Part shown: one piece after another, positions 36,780 through 49,656 of the stretch
How the letters are laid out: every line of letters starts with the position of its first letter
How positions within the stretch are numbered: position 1 is the first letter of the stretch
Assembly (NCBI RefSeq): GCF_030144855.1
Contig: NC_082731.1
Location: forward strand, 22,940,001 to 23,004,000
Length of the DNA stretch: 64,000 nt
Reading direction: 5' to 3'
Source: Hypanus sabinus
Taxonomy: Eukaryota
Made by a program: the position numbers and the translations under genes
Notes under the pieces: model-generated
What the model saw: only the letters and a program-made list of their open reading frames with translations
Databases searched by the model: none
What the model was told of the DNA's origin: nothing

Positions 36780-37118
36780 CAGTAATCTCCTAATACCGCG
36801 ATCCAACCGCCCGGCCGCGAAGAATGCCCCGCTGCATCAGTAGCCGGGACGCAGCCAGCACGGCTTTATGAAAAAAAAACAAGCTAATTAATTAATCAGG
36901 TGACCCCCGTAACGTAAATGTCGGCCCAGATCAGAGGTGATTGACGATGGCGTAGAACAAGTGAAATCTGCTATCGCCTCTGAACATTACGTTCCGGGCG
37001 GCACCTAATTCAGCTCTCTTTTTCTTAATGATGTGCCGGGCGCGTCCCGCATATTCCTGCACCCTTGCATGCTTCGCAGTCTGGTATTGGTCCACGGCCC
37101 CTAGTTTGGGGACCACTG
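36780..37118. mobile_element. hAT-type non-autonomous element (MITE)
   Basis: Right end TTTGGGGACCACTG; degenerate left end CAGTAATCTCCTAA (10/14 match as TIR); no intact 8-bp TSD. Confidence 0.5.
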
Positions 37119-38949
37119 CCTAATAATCATAACCATTGTTCATTCTGGTACGATGCAGCTACAGTGTTTATGTTGAGTTCACTCGGGGCATCCGAATTAA
37201 TATTTTACATAATTTAAAATGAGCTTTAAAGCAATCATCCGAAACGTTTTAGTCGTTGTCAATACCCGTATAATCAGATGCAACTGGCTGCACTGTCGTT
37301 GGTATTACAGAAATTCATATTTCCCTTCTCGTTTTTATCAGAATAAGACTAAAGTTATTCATTTAGTAATGGGAAAAATTACAATATGGACGTTTAAAAA
37401 TCAGTTTGAATGAAATTTCGAGAAAGTTGACAACAGACCCACTTGATATTAACGTTGAAACATTAACCAGGGTTTACCAAATGAACAAAACTCTCATTTT
37501 ATTTCTCAGTGAGTTATTGGTATAGTCTCTCCTCAACCAATACTAGACAAGCTCTTGTTTGTGCCAGTGGTCCTACTACGATGGTGGGCAAGCGTAGATT
37601 TCAGCAAATTACAACGTCCAGTTTCACTATTTCACAATTTACCGCCGGCTATTACCCCGTTGGGCCACGTCTGTGTTTTTCCAGCAGAATCGTTCCGCCT
37701 GCAAGTTTCTGAAAGAAGAATCGCTAGGAATCTTCACAGTTATTAGCCGGTTAATTCTGTTGAAGTCGAGACATGAGGCGCCTGAGGCAATACGTTCAAA
37801 CATGGTTTACACGTCCACTCCATACTTCTCTTCCTTATAGGATTAAAATATTTTATAAACGGATCGATGTGGGGAGCGACTTGTTGCCGAGGACGGAATC
37901 AATCACCATTGTCACGTCAGAGCAAGATGTCTGGACTCTGCTGAAGTAGCGAAAGTCCTAAACCGCAGATTTTGTTAACGTACGTAGTCGCGTGCTGAGT
38001 GTAAGGACCGTTATTCTATATCTTATATATATCATAATCTTTAACAGTCTTCTGTTCCCTTAGGATTCCTGTGGTCAACCATCTTACAGATGCCCGAGCT
38101 GGCGACAGCAAATTGGTTGAACCCCTACGTTTAGTGGCATTCTATTCACATTACTTTTAGCGGTAGTTTATGGATCGCATTAAAACACTTCTTCCGCAAC
38201 TTTGGAAATATTACAACTTGCCTTTCGCTTAAATCGGTCCAATAATAATGTCATAAACTCTGGACTGCACTCCGTATTGTCCGCAATGTAATTTTTTGTC
38301 TCACATGCTAGGATGTTGTTTGTCGTGATAATTTCAGTTATAATACAAATATACTTCAGAAGATGGTAGGAACATTGCCCTTGGATTTCCTTAGAACTCT
38401 GCTCTGTAACGAGTTGATTGATTGAAGACTAAACGGACTTCGACTGATATCAAAATGGGCAAGGAGAAGCCAGAGCAATACAGTGTCTGAAAGTGCATCG
38501 TCAAAAACTACTGTACAAAGCGTAAAGGTCCAGACTATTTCGGAGTGAATTGACAAATCTGTAGTTTGTGGGAGTTCAGTGTCCGAGTGTAGGATTTCCT
38601 AAAGTGTAACTTGCATTTGCGGGTGGCGTAAGAAAATCAGATTGAATCTCAGAATTGTCTTCTGGAACAACGATGTGATCGTTAGTTTCGTGTGAGTGTG
38701 GGGACCTCATGTAATGGATCGAAATGTGAAAGGCCTAAAGAGAGAACACCTGGAAGGCATGCATCCAATAGTGAGAACTACTAGGAGCGGAGGAAAGCAA
38801 GACGTCTCTGTAGGCAGACAAGCAGTAAAATTTATTTTGCCTGAGGGAAATGAATCCGTATAATTTATTGACGCACTCGGCTGCAGGGACAAATACTTTG
38901 CACATATTTAAAGCGGCGATATGTTCTTGATTATAACTGGATTCATATG

Positions 38950-39065
38950 CTTGGAGAAGACGGTAGGAGAATGGAGCTGAGAGGAAAGGTGATTCATCAT
39001 GATCGATGTCGGAGCAGGCCTGATGGGCTCAATGGACTAAATCTGCTCTGACGTCTATAGTCTTT
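38950..39065 (+). mobile_element. CR1/SINE 3' tail
   Basis: GGAGCAG..CTGATGGGC..AATGG.CTAA.TCTGCTC tail pattern. Confidence 0.55.
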
Positions 39066-40137
39066 TGATAATAGGACAAAACATCATGTTCCTATTCTCA
39101 ACAACCGCACTGATGAAAGGCATAGCGAACAAGCAGCTGGCGTGACGTCAGATTTCATCCCGCTTCTATAGAATACTTACTGGATAATTGGGATAAAGCA
39201 TTTTTTTTTCTTTTTTTTCCCTCAATATCGCATGTTGAAACATTCATTTTTAATTACTACTGCAACGCATTTCTGAGAAAATTTAACATCGTATTTTTGA
39301 TTCCTCCATTGCTTTCACTTGAGCTGCTTTAATCTACTCACATAACGAAACGTCCTCTAGGTCTAACGTGCAATTCATGGTTTTTATACGTAGTAATTTG
39401 TTATATTTGATGATAATAAACTAACTCCAATCTAACATCTTCGGAGTAGTAACAATGATACTACAGTCTTACAGCTCCAGAAAGAACAGATAATCAGGAT
39501 TTGAGATGAAATTAGGTGACATTCTTATGTTGTCAATATAAATTTTATATGGTGCAAAACATTCATGCCGATAGATTATCTTTTAAGTTCTGTAGGCATT
39601 CATTATACTCTGAGTATGGCTGTGATAATGCAGAACACATTCTATTTCAGTCCATTCCTATTCCGACTAGCATTACTTTTCCATTTATTGTTTATATGTA
39701 AGATTAGCTTACAGTCTGAGGACTTTTTGCAATATGTACTCGTTACACTGTGGTAGTAATCAATTGTTCTCTGATTTTCATGTGTCACCCGAAATAAATG
39801 CATGTGCTGGCTGATCATAAGAAGCACCAGCAAATATCTGCTAGCTAGAAAAATAAATTATGGGTCTTTAGATTGGAAGGAATATAAATGGAGTTAATTC
39901 AATAGTTGCAAATATAGAAGCTACACATCATATGGTAACAACAACTAAAGGAAACTACATAGATTAAGGTAAATTGTAGTTCTTGATTCCAATCTCGATC
40001 GCGCGATCTCTTTCTAGGTTTTACCGAGCCTCCTGAAGACTCTACATGAGGGCAGAAGGGTAACACAGTCAAATAGTTGAACAAGAATACTATGCAGGAA
40101 TTTAAAATTTGCACTAAACTATCACAATAATTCCTGT

Positions 40138-40644
40138 CATTAAAAACGTTTTATTGTTTATATTGCTTTGTCTGAAAGTGTCGTCTATAATTCTCATGCA
40201 AAAAAAAAAATATATATATATATATAAACGGACGTTTCTCGTCGTTTGTTTCCAAAAGAAAATCTACGCTACGTGCTGCTGGGAGGATTGTTTTCTCGAT
40301 CAAATATCTTTGGTTCTGTTGCTGTCTGTAGATGGCGATGAAAACGACGAATGTGAATGTGATCATTCACCAGACGGACTTTCCTTCAGATAGACACAGC
40401 AACATGACAATGAGATTGCAGATCGGAGTGTTGTTCCGGCTAATCATTGGGAAAGCAATACATATATCTCGCAAAACGTTTATTAATTTCCGGAAATATC
40501 TCACCGCCAGGAGCTCCAGGAGCATAGTGATGCATTTCGTTACGATGTCAGATGTAGAATGGAGGCGCCGATCAGACAGAGCGTCTGATTAGAAGCATGC
40601 AATTAAATTCGATTACCTATCTATTACACCGGCAAATGAAAGTG
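40138..40644 (+). pseudogene. Possible decayed V pseudogene
   Basis: Leader-like IKNVLLFILLCLK; acceptor at 40331; HW.KQ...RLLI; LIRSMQLN-SITY. Acceptor to C-site 292 nt, W to C-site 176 nt, heptamer relic GAAAGTG 14 nt after the C-site (293, 177 and 14 in V2). Second Cys and nonamer are lost. Confidence 0.4.
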
Positions 40645-41789
40645 ATATATTAACCGAAAGATATTTGTGTATTCACTCGCAATACTATGAAATTTAGTGG
40701 AGAATAGCCAGCCAAAAATAATATATGACATTTAGCACACCAATGTATCATGGGCATTCGTAATTCAGTTGCACTCCATTAAACAGAAAACAAAAAAATG
40801 GTATTCGCTTAGGGTGGAATGCAATCATAATTGGGAAAAGGATGAACAATCAGCCACAATAAACTAAAAGCTCGATCAAATATTAGAGGTGATCAAAAGC
40901 CAGCAATGCATGGATGCCCGTTTTCTTTAAAAGTTTATTTGGTAATTTCTATCCCTGTGATTATTCCTGCAATTCCACTATTGTTTTCATACATACAGAG
41001 CAACAAAGAATTAAAGTACATTCACGCTGCTGTTCCCAATTCCATCATTGAAGTGGATGATTTATTTTATTATTACTATTTAGCTGGCAGTTTGTGAATG
41101 TGTTTGTTCGCAAATGCAGCAAATATGCACGTACAAAAGTCGTCCATTGTTGATATTGGAGCTTCCACATTTCCTCTGTGACACTTTGAATTAATTCCTC
41201 ATTTGTCAGACCATAAGGTACAGGAACAGAAATATGGTATTCGACCATCTAGTCTACGTTCTGTCGATATGAATTTAAATGTATTGTCTAAGTGCTCCTA
41301 TGTTCTATGTTTTTTTTTTCTGACTTTACCGTGAAGGAGTAAACCCATTACTAAAGATCAGTCTGTGCTGCTGGGTGAAGAACGACATACATTAAGCCTG
41401 CATACTCGTAATTAACCAGCAGTTTGTGATATTTTATGCTGTAGTTTACATTCAAAATTACATCCGGACATGTTTGTCAAATGAGAATCATTTGATCCCA
41501 ATGGCTTCAACTGCAGGAAAAGCTGATTCCATTTTCTGATTGCCAGTGGTGATCCATATTTAAACAGTCCTTCAGGAATGTTTTCTAAATCAATATATAT
41601 ATATATATATATATACCAACAAGAGATCTCCAATATCTCCAGTACCAATATCAGATCTCCTATTTAGAAACGAGTTAAGACAGGTGACGAAAGTGTGTGT
41701 AGGGGAAAACATTGATTCCAGTTATCATAACTCCATTAGTTTCAACTTGATCTTGGAAAAAAGATAGATCTGGTCCGCGGGTTGATGTT

Positions 41790-43440
41790 TTAAACTGGAA
41801 AAAAAGCCAAATTTGAAGAAATAAGATACGATCTGAAGAGAATGGATTGGGACAGTTTGTTATCTGGGAAGGATTTGATTGGTAAATGGGAGGCATTCAA
41901 AGGGAAATTTTGAGAGGGCGGACTTTGTATTTTCCTGTCAGGATTAAAGGCTAAGTGAACTATAACAAGAAACTGTGGTTCTTGAGGGATATTGGAACTC
42001 AGATAAAGAGGAGGAGAGGGAGTTAAAAAACATGTATAGGAAACATGAATAAATAGGTGCTTGCGGAGTATAAAAGTTGCAAGAAAAATTTAAGAAACAT
42101 GTCAGGAGGGCTAACATGAGACATGTGGTTGTTTTGGCAGTCAAGGTAAAGGATAATCCTAAGAGCTATAGATATATTAAGAGCAAAAGGATAGTAAGTG
42201 ATGAAAATAGTCCTCTTGAATATCAGAGTGGTCGGCCATATATGGAAGCAACAGAAATGGGGGAGATATTATATGAGTTTTCTTGCGTCTCTGTTTACTA
42301 TGGAAACTGGTATGGAGTCTAAGTAAATAAGGCAAACAGTTAGTGAGGTCCTGGAACCTATACAGATTAACGAGAAGGAGCTCTTTGCTGCCTTCAGGCA
42401 CATCAGAATAGATATATTCGCAAGACCTGACAGGATATTCCCTCGGACCTCGAAGGTGACGAGTCTTAATATGGCAGGGTCCCTGGCAGATATATTTTAA
42501 ATGTCGTTATCTACCGGTGAGGTGATTGGAGGATATCTCATGTTGTTCCGTTGTTAAGAGAAGGCTCTAAATGTCTACCGGGGAATTGTTAGCCTGTACG
42601 TTTGTAGTCATTGAGCGGTAAGGTATTGGAAGGAATACTAAGAGATAATATCTACAGTTATTGAGATAGACGGGACTTATTAGGGACAGTCAACATGGCT
42701 TTGCGCGTGGCAGGACATGTTTAACCAATCTATCATAGTTTTTCGAGGAAGTTATCAAGAAAGTGCATGAAGGAAAGGCAGTGGATGTAGACTGCATGGA
42801 CTTCAGTAAGGCCTTTGACAAGCTCCCGCATGGGAGGATAGTAAGGAAGACTGAGTACCTTGGTGTACATAGTGAGTTAGTGAATTAGATTAGATATTGG
42901 CTCAGTGGGAAAAGCCAGAAACTGGAGGATGTTTCTCTGAGTGGTGGCCTGCGACTAGTTGTGTATCAGAGGGATCAGTGTTGTGCCCATTATTATCTGT
43001 CATTTCCATCAATGATCTGGATGATAAATTGCGAAACTGGATCAGCAAATCTGCTGATTACACAAAGATTGGAGGTGTAGCGGACAGTGAGGACGGCTTG
43101 CAAAGATTGTAGAGGAATTTGGACCACCTGGGAAAATGGGCTGTAAAATTGAGTTTAATGCAGACAAATGTAAGGTATTGCACTTTTGGAAGTGCAATAA
43201 ACGGTAGAACATACCAGGTAAATGGTAGGATACTGAGGAGTGCTGTACCAAAGAGGGATCTGGGAATAAATATACATAAATTGCAAAAAGTGGCGTCAAA
43301 TATAGATACGGACGTTAAGAGAGCTTTTGGCACATTGCCCTTTATGAATCAAAGTACTGAGTATTAGAGTTTGAATATTTTGGTGAGTTTGCATAAGACT
43401 TTGCTGAGGCCGAATTTGATGTTTTCTTTTCACCTAATTA
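41790..43440 (+). mobile_element. CR1 LINE ORF2 (RT) fragment
   Basis: DSQHGFARGRTCLTNL, MDFSKAFDKLPHG, GSVLCPLL, KSADYTKIGG remnants with frameshifts. Confidence 0.85.
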
Positions 43441-44399
43441 CAGGAATGATACTAATAAGATTAGAAGAGAGAACGAGAGAGAGATAGAAAGACAGGGATA
43501 CAGATGCTTAAACTGAGACATAACCACTGGAGAATATTCTTCCTTTCTCATACTCATTCCCAAGCACTAATGGTGATCACTGAAGATGGTACCTGCACTT
43601 GACAGTGAGTCTGTATTTTGTCCTGTCAGCTTGGCGTCTGGATCTCAACTTTATTGTCGGTCTGTCCACACATTTTGCTCATATCGTTCAGAATTTCTGA
43701 TAAATATTCTGGCTCCCAGCAACTCTCGGAGATAATAGTTTAGAAAGGACAGGGTATAACAATGAAATTTAACTATTGTGCGATGTTTGATGCAGATACT
43801 GTTCTTAGTACCTATAGTATCCCGGAGATTCGTCGACACATCCACTGAAGAGACTAAGCCTTGGTTACGCACATCAGCCGCCCGATTTGCCAGATAGGTA
43901 TTCCGGATGGCACGAGAGAGACTGTTTCAGTTTAATATAAGTAAATGTGGAGTAATTTTCTCTACGTTAATCTTGTGTCTCTATATTATCATGCTTAAAC
44001 AGCTTTCGCTAAAATAGCAGGTGTACAACCATGCTGAATAGGAAACCTCGAGATCCCAGGAGTGTGCATTCTCTACTGGGTGAGATAAAACGTTGTTCCA
44101 GCAATTCATGAAGACAGATCAGAGAGACCAGGCTGGTAAATGAGGCGGAATGGGGTTTGGCAAGTCCAGGTGTTGAAAGCAGCGGTGGGTGAAATTCGGT
44201 GTGTAAAAGATAAATTGCCTCCAGATGAGTTACTAGATTCGCTTTTCACTCAGCAGTCTGCTTTTCTTTGCACCCAAGACTTCGGGGCAACGTATCTGCA
44301 AAAAAATCAAGTTCAATGAGAAAAAAGAAACTGAATACAAAGTTCAGCATACTAAAAGAAACATTCCTCGTGTATTATTTTCTCCCAACTCAATCCCAA

Positions 44400-44720
44400 G
44401 AGCAACCTTGCGTGAGTTTGGGAAGGGCATTGATGGTGCGGATATACAGAGGCGTATTGCCAAGGATGAAGTGGCTAACACGAGGGGTGGCATAGTTTTC
44501 AAATGCTTTAAAATAAGTGCAGACGGGATGTCAGGGTAGGATTTTCACACATGGAGTGGCGAGTGCATGGATTACACTAACGGCACCCGTGTTGGGAGCA
44601 TATACCATGGCGTCTTTTAAAAGCCTCTAAGATCGGAGTATAGAGGTTAGGCAAATAGAGGGTAATGCATTAGGGAACTTCTAGTCAGTTTCTAGGGTAG
44701 ACTGCATGGTCGCCAAAACA
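44400..44720 (+). mobile_element. CR1 LINE 3' fragment
   Basis: Resembles the CR1 ORF2 C-terminus/3' UTR; recognised by eye. Confidence 0.55.
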
Positions 44721-46099
44721 TTCGCCTGTAATGTGTTGTAGATTTCCATTTTTTACTTTCTATTTTCACTGCAGTTGTCCATGCTGTTACATAGAATATA
44801 AGAAATTATTCACTTGTGTTGAATGCATCCCCTTTGACCTAAATTACCTCTTTCAGTTCGCCACAGTACTTATATCTTCTGGTGCGTCTCATCAGCAGGC
44901 AGAACACAGGTGGAGTCATGATGTTGTTTCAACTATTACTTGGAACAGTACATACTTTTTGGTGTATACTATTGCGGGTCGCATTTCCCGTTGCAGAGAA
45001 GGAGGACTTGTAATCCAGTAGTTAAGTGAAAAATCGTAACAAGAAATAATAACAACAGATAGAAGAACCCAACGTGGTTAATGAGTATTCGCAATATTTC
45101 ACGCAGTTCACCTTTTCCAATCTCATTTTTAAGCATTTGTGGTCTCTACGCTGTTTGTATTTGTCTTTTTTTAAAGCAAGGAGAAATTTTTTGCAGAGTT
45201 CATTGTGAACATTAATTTGATTTTTTTTTTCAATTCGCACTCATCTCTTGAGCTTGTTCTGTATTTCCTGATGTATGATGGCAGGATAAATCTGGCCCTT
45301 CCACATTTAGACTCAAAGATCGCCTTGAATGAATCAAATCCCCTTGCTTGACAGGCGGAAGAATAATTATTGCGAAGCAGACGAGTTCCACTCATTCCAA
45401 TCAATGCATTATGCAGGTGGACATTTTCCACTCCAAATGACCAAAATATTCAAATTTAATAAAATTTCTATTATACCAGAATGTTCTTAAAACTTCTTTG
45501 TTGGACTGTCTCAAAAATGTGTCTTAGTTTAAATGCACTTGAAATGAATATTGATGGAAATGTTCACCGAATGGTAGTGTCACATCTGCTCTATTCTTAA
45601 ATCAAATTTCTGCCCGTGCAATCTTATCACTGAATCCTTGTCTACTTTTGACCCTTACCGCTTGACCGATTTGAAGCTTCAATTAATATCCAAATTACGT
45701 TCTGAATATATATTATTACCGACTATGCCTCCACAGGTCTCTGTCGTAAATAGTCAGAGGTCAATGGAAAAGTAACTTCTTGGCCAATAATGTTTTCGAA
45801 ACAAAACTTCTACCCTTTGTTATAAGTAATATTTCCCTCAGTGCATGATACCACAATGAGGACAAACACTTTCCAGCAAACCCACCGTCCAGAAAAACGC
45901 AAACACGCAAATCAGTATGTTTCAGCAAATTCTTGTTATATATATTTATCTTTTTTTTTTCGGGCAATGTCGATGTTTCTCTATTTTCTCGGAATTTATA
46001 TCAATGCTTCAACTGTTTTTTTTTTTCTTTAATTGTTTTTTTTTTGTTTCTGATTGAGTAATCCTGCTTTGATGTTTAAATGTGAGCCGAAAAGCAAAC

Positions 46100-46400
46100 A
46101 CAGAAACATGGAAACTTAGAAAGCATGCAGAACAACACAGGCCACCCGGCCCACAAATTTGTGTTGAACTTGTACCTGCCATAGACATTACTAGCGTTAC
46201 CGATAGCCCTCTGTTTTTCTCAGTCCCGTGTAGGTATCCAAAAGCCTCTTAAAAGACCGTATCCTATCCGCCTTCACTATCGTTGCCGACAGCCCATTCC
46301 ACACACTTACGAATCTCCAAGTAAGAAACTTACCGCTGATATCTATTCTGAACCTGCTGCCAAGCACGTTAAACCTGTGCCTTCTTGTGGCCTCACAAGT
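46100..46400 (-). mobile_element. CR1 LINE 3' end
   Basis: Minus-strand ORF GKFLTWRFVSVWNGL...SFKRLLD resembles the CR1 C-terminus. Confidence 0.7.
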
Positions 46401-46575
46401 CCGTGTCCCTGCTTCTGCAACGAACATTGAAACATACAACGACTGTGTGTTATACACAACATATTCAGCAATACAAAAAAAAAAAACACTCAGCAGACTG
46501 GCATAGATATTTGAAGAAAGATGTCAATGTAAGTTGTGTATTTTATTTTACATTTGATTTTACCGTTGCTGCGCT

Positions 46576-46577
<2 letters not shown>

Positions 46578-46645
<68 letters not shown>
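46578..46645. repeat. (TC)n microsatellite
   Basis: Perfect dinucleotide run. Confidence 0.97.
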
Positions 46646-46649
<4 letters not shown>

Positions 46650-47324
46650 CACACCTACCCCCCAGACATTTCTCGTCGTCCTTTTCCCCCCAACTTTATT
46701 TCGGCCGCTCTTTATCTTAGTTACTCACTCGGTCACTTACACATTACAATTTCCCACAAGGATCCATTAACTGATTTCGTTTTTGTTTCTCTGCATAGCA
46801 CATTTATCACAGATGCTGGCAATCCACTTTTACTTGCATATAAACATAGAAATCCTACAGCAAAATGCAAGCCTTTCGACCCGTAAAGGAGTGCGGAACA
46901 GGTAGTACCTCACAAATTATCTAGGGTAATCCATAGCCCTTTATTATTCGAAGCTCCGTATACCTATACAGGAGCCTTTTAAGAGACGATAACGTTTTAT
47001 GCCTCCGGCAGCAACTCCATTTCCATATGTCGCATTCAATTGCAAGAGTTGTTAAATTACCTTATTCGCTATTCCTTCCACATAGTTTCCTTTACAGGAA
47101 AACAGATTTTATGTCACCGTTGACAAAACTTCCAGCATAAAAGATTCAGGATATAATGTTTTAGAAATGAAAAGACTTTACTTTTACCCCCTTCACATGC
47201 ATGAGGAGTAAACATATTTATTTCATGTCTTTGTTTCAATGAGCAATCTGCAATCATAGCAATTTATAATAATTGATAATCAATAGGACTGTGAAGGTGA
47301 GATGTTAATACGCTCCTCATCGTG

Positions 47325-47890
47325 AGTTAATCAGTCTGATGGGCTGGTGGAAGAAGCTGTCCCTGACCATGTTGGTCCTGGATTTTATGCCGGATGATTT
47401 CAGCGGTAATAGATTATTTTTGGGTTGACTCGTGCCCGATGACCTTTCGGGCCCTTTATCACATCTGTCTTTTTAAATGTCCGGAATTATGGAAAGTTCA
47501 CAGCTGCTGATTCTCTGTGTTTTCCTCTGCAACTCTGCGCAGAATCCTGCGATTAAGGGAAGGACAGTTCCTCTGCTAGGCAGTGATGCAGCCAAGAAGG
47601 ATGCTCTCAAATGTGGCTCTGTAGAAAGTTCGTCGTATTTGGGGCCCATACAAAACAACCTCCATCGTCTGAAGGGACGGTGACTTTTTCCCTCTAGGAC
47701 GCCACATGATTTACTGAGATTGGGACAGACAGTGCAGTATCGTCCGCAAATTTATTTAGCAGATTAGAGCTCTGGGTGGCGACAAATTGATGGGTACACA
47801 GGTAGTAATCGGGGACGCTTACTACACAGCTCTAAAGGGCTGCTGTGTGAAGAGTCAAGGGGTGGATGTGACAGCGCACCCTCTTATCAT
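47325..47890 (-). mobile_element. Rex1/Babar-type LINE RT 3' fragment, copy 2
   Basis: Paralogue of 236-835. Confidence 0.75.
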
Positions 47891-47891
47891 C

Positions 47892-49656
47892 TCCGTGGAA
47901 TGCGTCTCTGGGTGAATGTACTCCTATGCCGAACCAGTACCGCTCCTCCTTACCCCCCCAAAAAAAATGTTCCAGGATCGCCCCGCACGGAGCGAACACG
48001 GGCTTGTGTTTCCGAGGCGGAGGTAGAAACTGACGAATCGGAGCCCGTGAGACAGGTGCAACCAGCGCCGCGCCGACCCCGACTAAGTTCACGAAAGATC
48101 TTTGCGACCGGTGTGGTTAAGCAGGTCATTTCGCCCGGGAATGCTCCGCACCGGCACAACGCTACAGCTCAGAGCAGGCATTGGGAAATGTCGAGTGGGA
48201 AGCGTAGCCCGAGATCTCCAGTAGAACCACTTCGTGTTGTCCGTTTGGGTGAGGAGCAAGGATTATACGTGGACTGCATGGTATAGGGCATGAAATGGTG
48301 TGCGTTGGTGGACACCGGGACAAACATCAGCATCATCTGTTCAAGGGCAAGCCATCCTCGCCTGGCAGTCCAGCTGGTGCGCCCATCGGTAACAGTGCGC
48401 CAATTCGAAAGAAGAGCGGTTTTCGCATCAGAGTGGAGAAAAACGCAGTCGTGCACGAGGTGTGGCTCGCCGACATTCAACAGTCCTGAACCCATGGCCT
48501 GGACCTGCTGTACAGCTGGGCGACCCATTTGGATGCCACACTCTGCCTGGTACTAAAACGTGTGGTGGTGCAGCAACCACAGCCAGTTTCATAGCAGCCC
48601 GTGGTAGTGCAACACACCCAGCCGCGGCCCAGCGCAAAACAGCTAAAACTCGGGCAAGCAGCGTTTGCAGCGTGTCAGGAGACAACCCACGATAACTTCG
48701 TCATAATGGACCAGCAGTTGTGCAGCGAGCAGGTGGGCAATCCACTGTTGGCTCACGTGAGGGAATGGCAGTGTGTAGGACAGCCTGGATACAGAAACCA
48801 AAGCCCTATGCTGTACTCGCAGTAGGGAATGCTGGAGGTCCACAACGGGCTTCTCTTCAGGCGGTAACATGTCCGATGGTGACAGACCCTTACAGCTGAT
48901 GATCTCCCGGGGTCTCCGTGCCACAGTGTTGTGTTCGTTCCATGGGTTGGTGGCGGCTGTCCGTATAAGGGTTGCAAAGTTGCTGGGCAGTCTGGCTGAA
49001 CGTTTCTACTGGCTTGGGTAATGCTTGTGCACTGCCGCGGCTCTTGCAGGACCCCGAAAGGTCTGGCCGCCAGTGTAGGGTCTCAATACATTAGTACATG
49101 TTCGAGGCTCCAGTACGGGTGTACAGACTCTTTCGGAAGAAGTGACTATCTGTCAGGCTTGGAAGCAATTGGAAGTGAACGGGAGAGGTACTCCACAGCA
49201 TGTATAACGTGTTTAATAGGGTGCTGTTACCTGAGTGGTGGAAGGCAGTCTTGCTGCACCGGTACTGTCCGTCATAGTGTCAAACTTTGGCCACCACTAA
49301 TCCCGCGACGCTGACGGAAGGAAGTGACACTCGGAATGTACTGCGTCTTGCCGGACACAAACAAATAGCAGTGTCACCGACCTTCAGACTTTTACTCCAT
49401 GCTTTTGACTCTGCGCTTGCCGGAGATAGTTGACCGCTTCGGTGCGAGCAGTGTGACTTTCCGCATGATAGCGCGGTGGACAGCCTGCCTCTGCATTTTA
49501 ATGACCAGTACTGTTTATTCTTCTTCTGTTAAGTTGATTTTTTTCTGGGATTATGGTGGGAGCAGTAAGTTTATTATTTTTTAGCTGGGGCTATAGTGTT
49601 ATTTGCTTGTGTATTTGTGGGTCACCCTAACTTCAAACGGAGTTAATGATGGTCAC
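47892..49656 (+). mobile_element. Gypsy LTR retrotransposon remnant, copy 2
   Basis: Retropepsin motif ALVDTGTNISII (ORF 48290); integrase remnant LAERFYWLG; TGTGAC at 49452. Confidence 0.7.

Noticed and set aside
37488-37950. MNKTLILFL + GTGAGT, FFQQNRSACKFL and DSA motifs
   Set aside because: Leader too short and W-to-DSA distance about 100 nt too long; unresolved without a profile search.
39134-39150. CAGCTG + TGACGTCA motif pair
   Set aside because: No leader or V exon recognised within the next few hundred bases; short motifs occur by chance.
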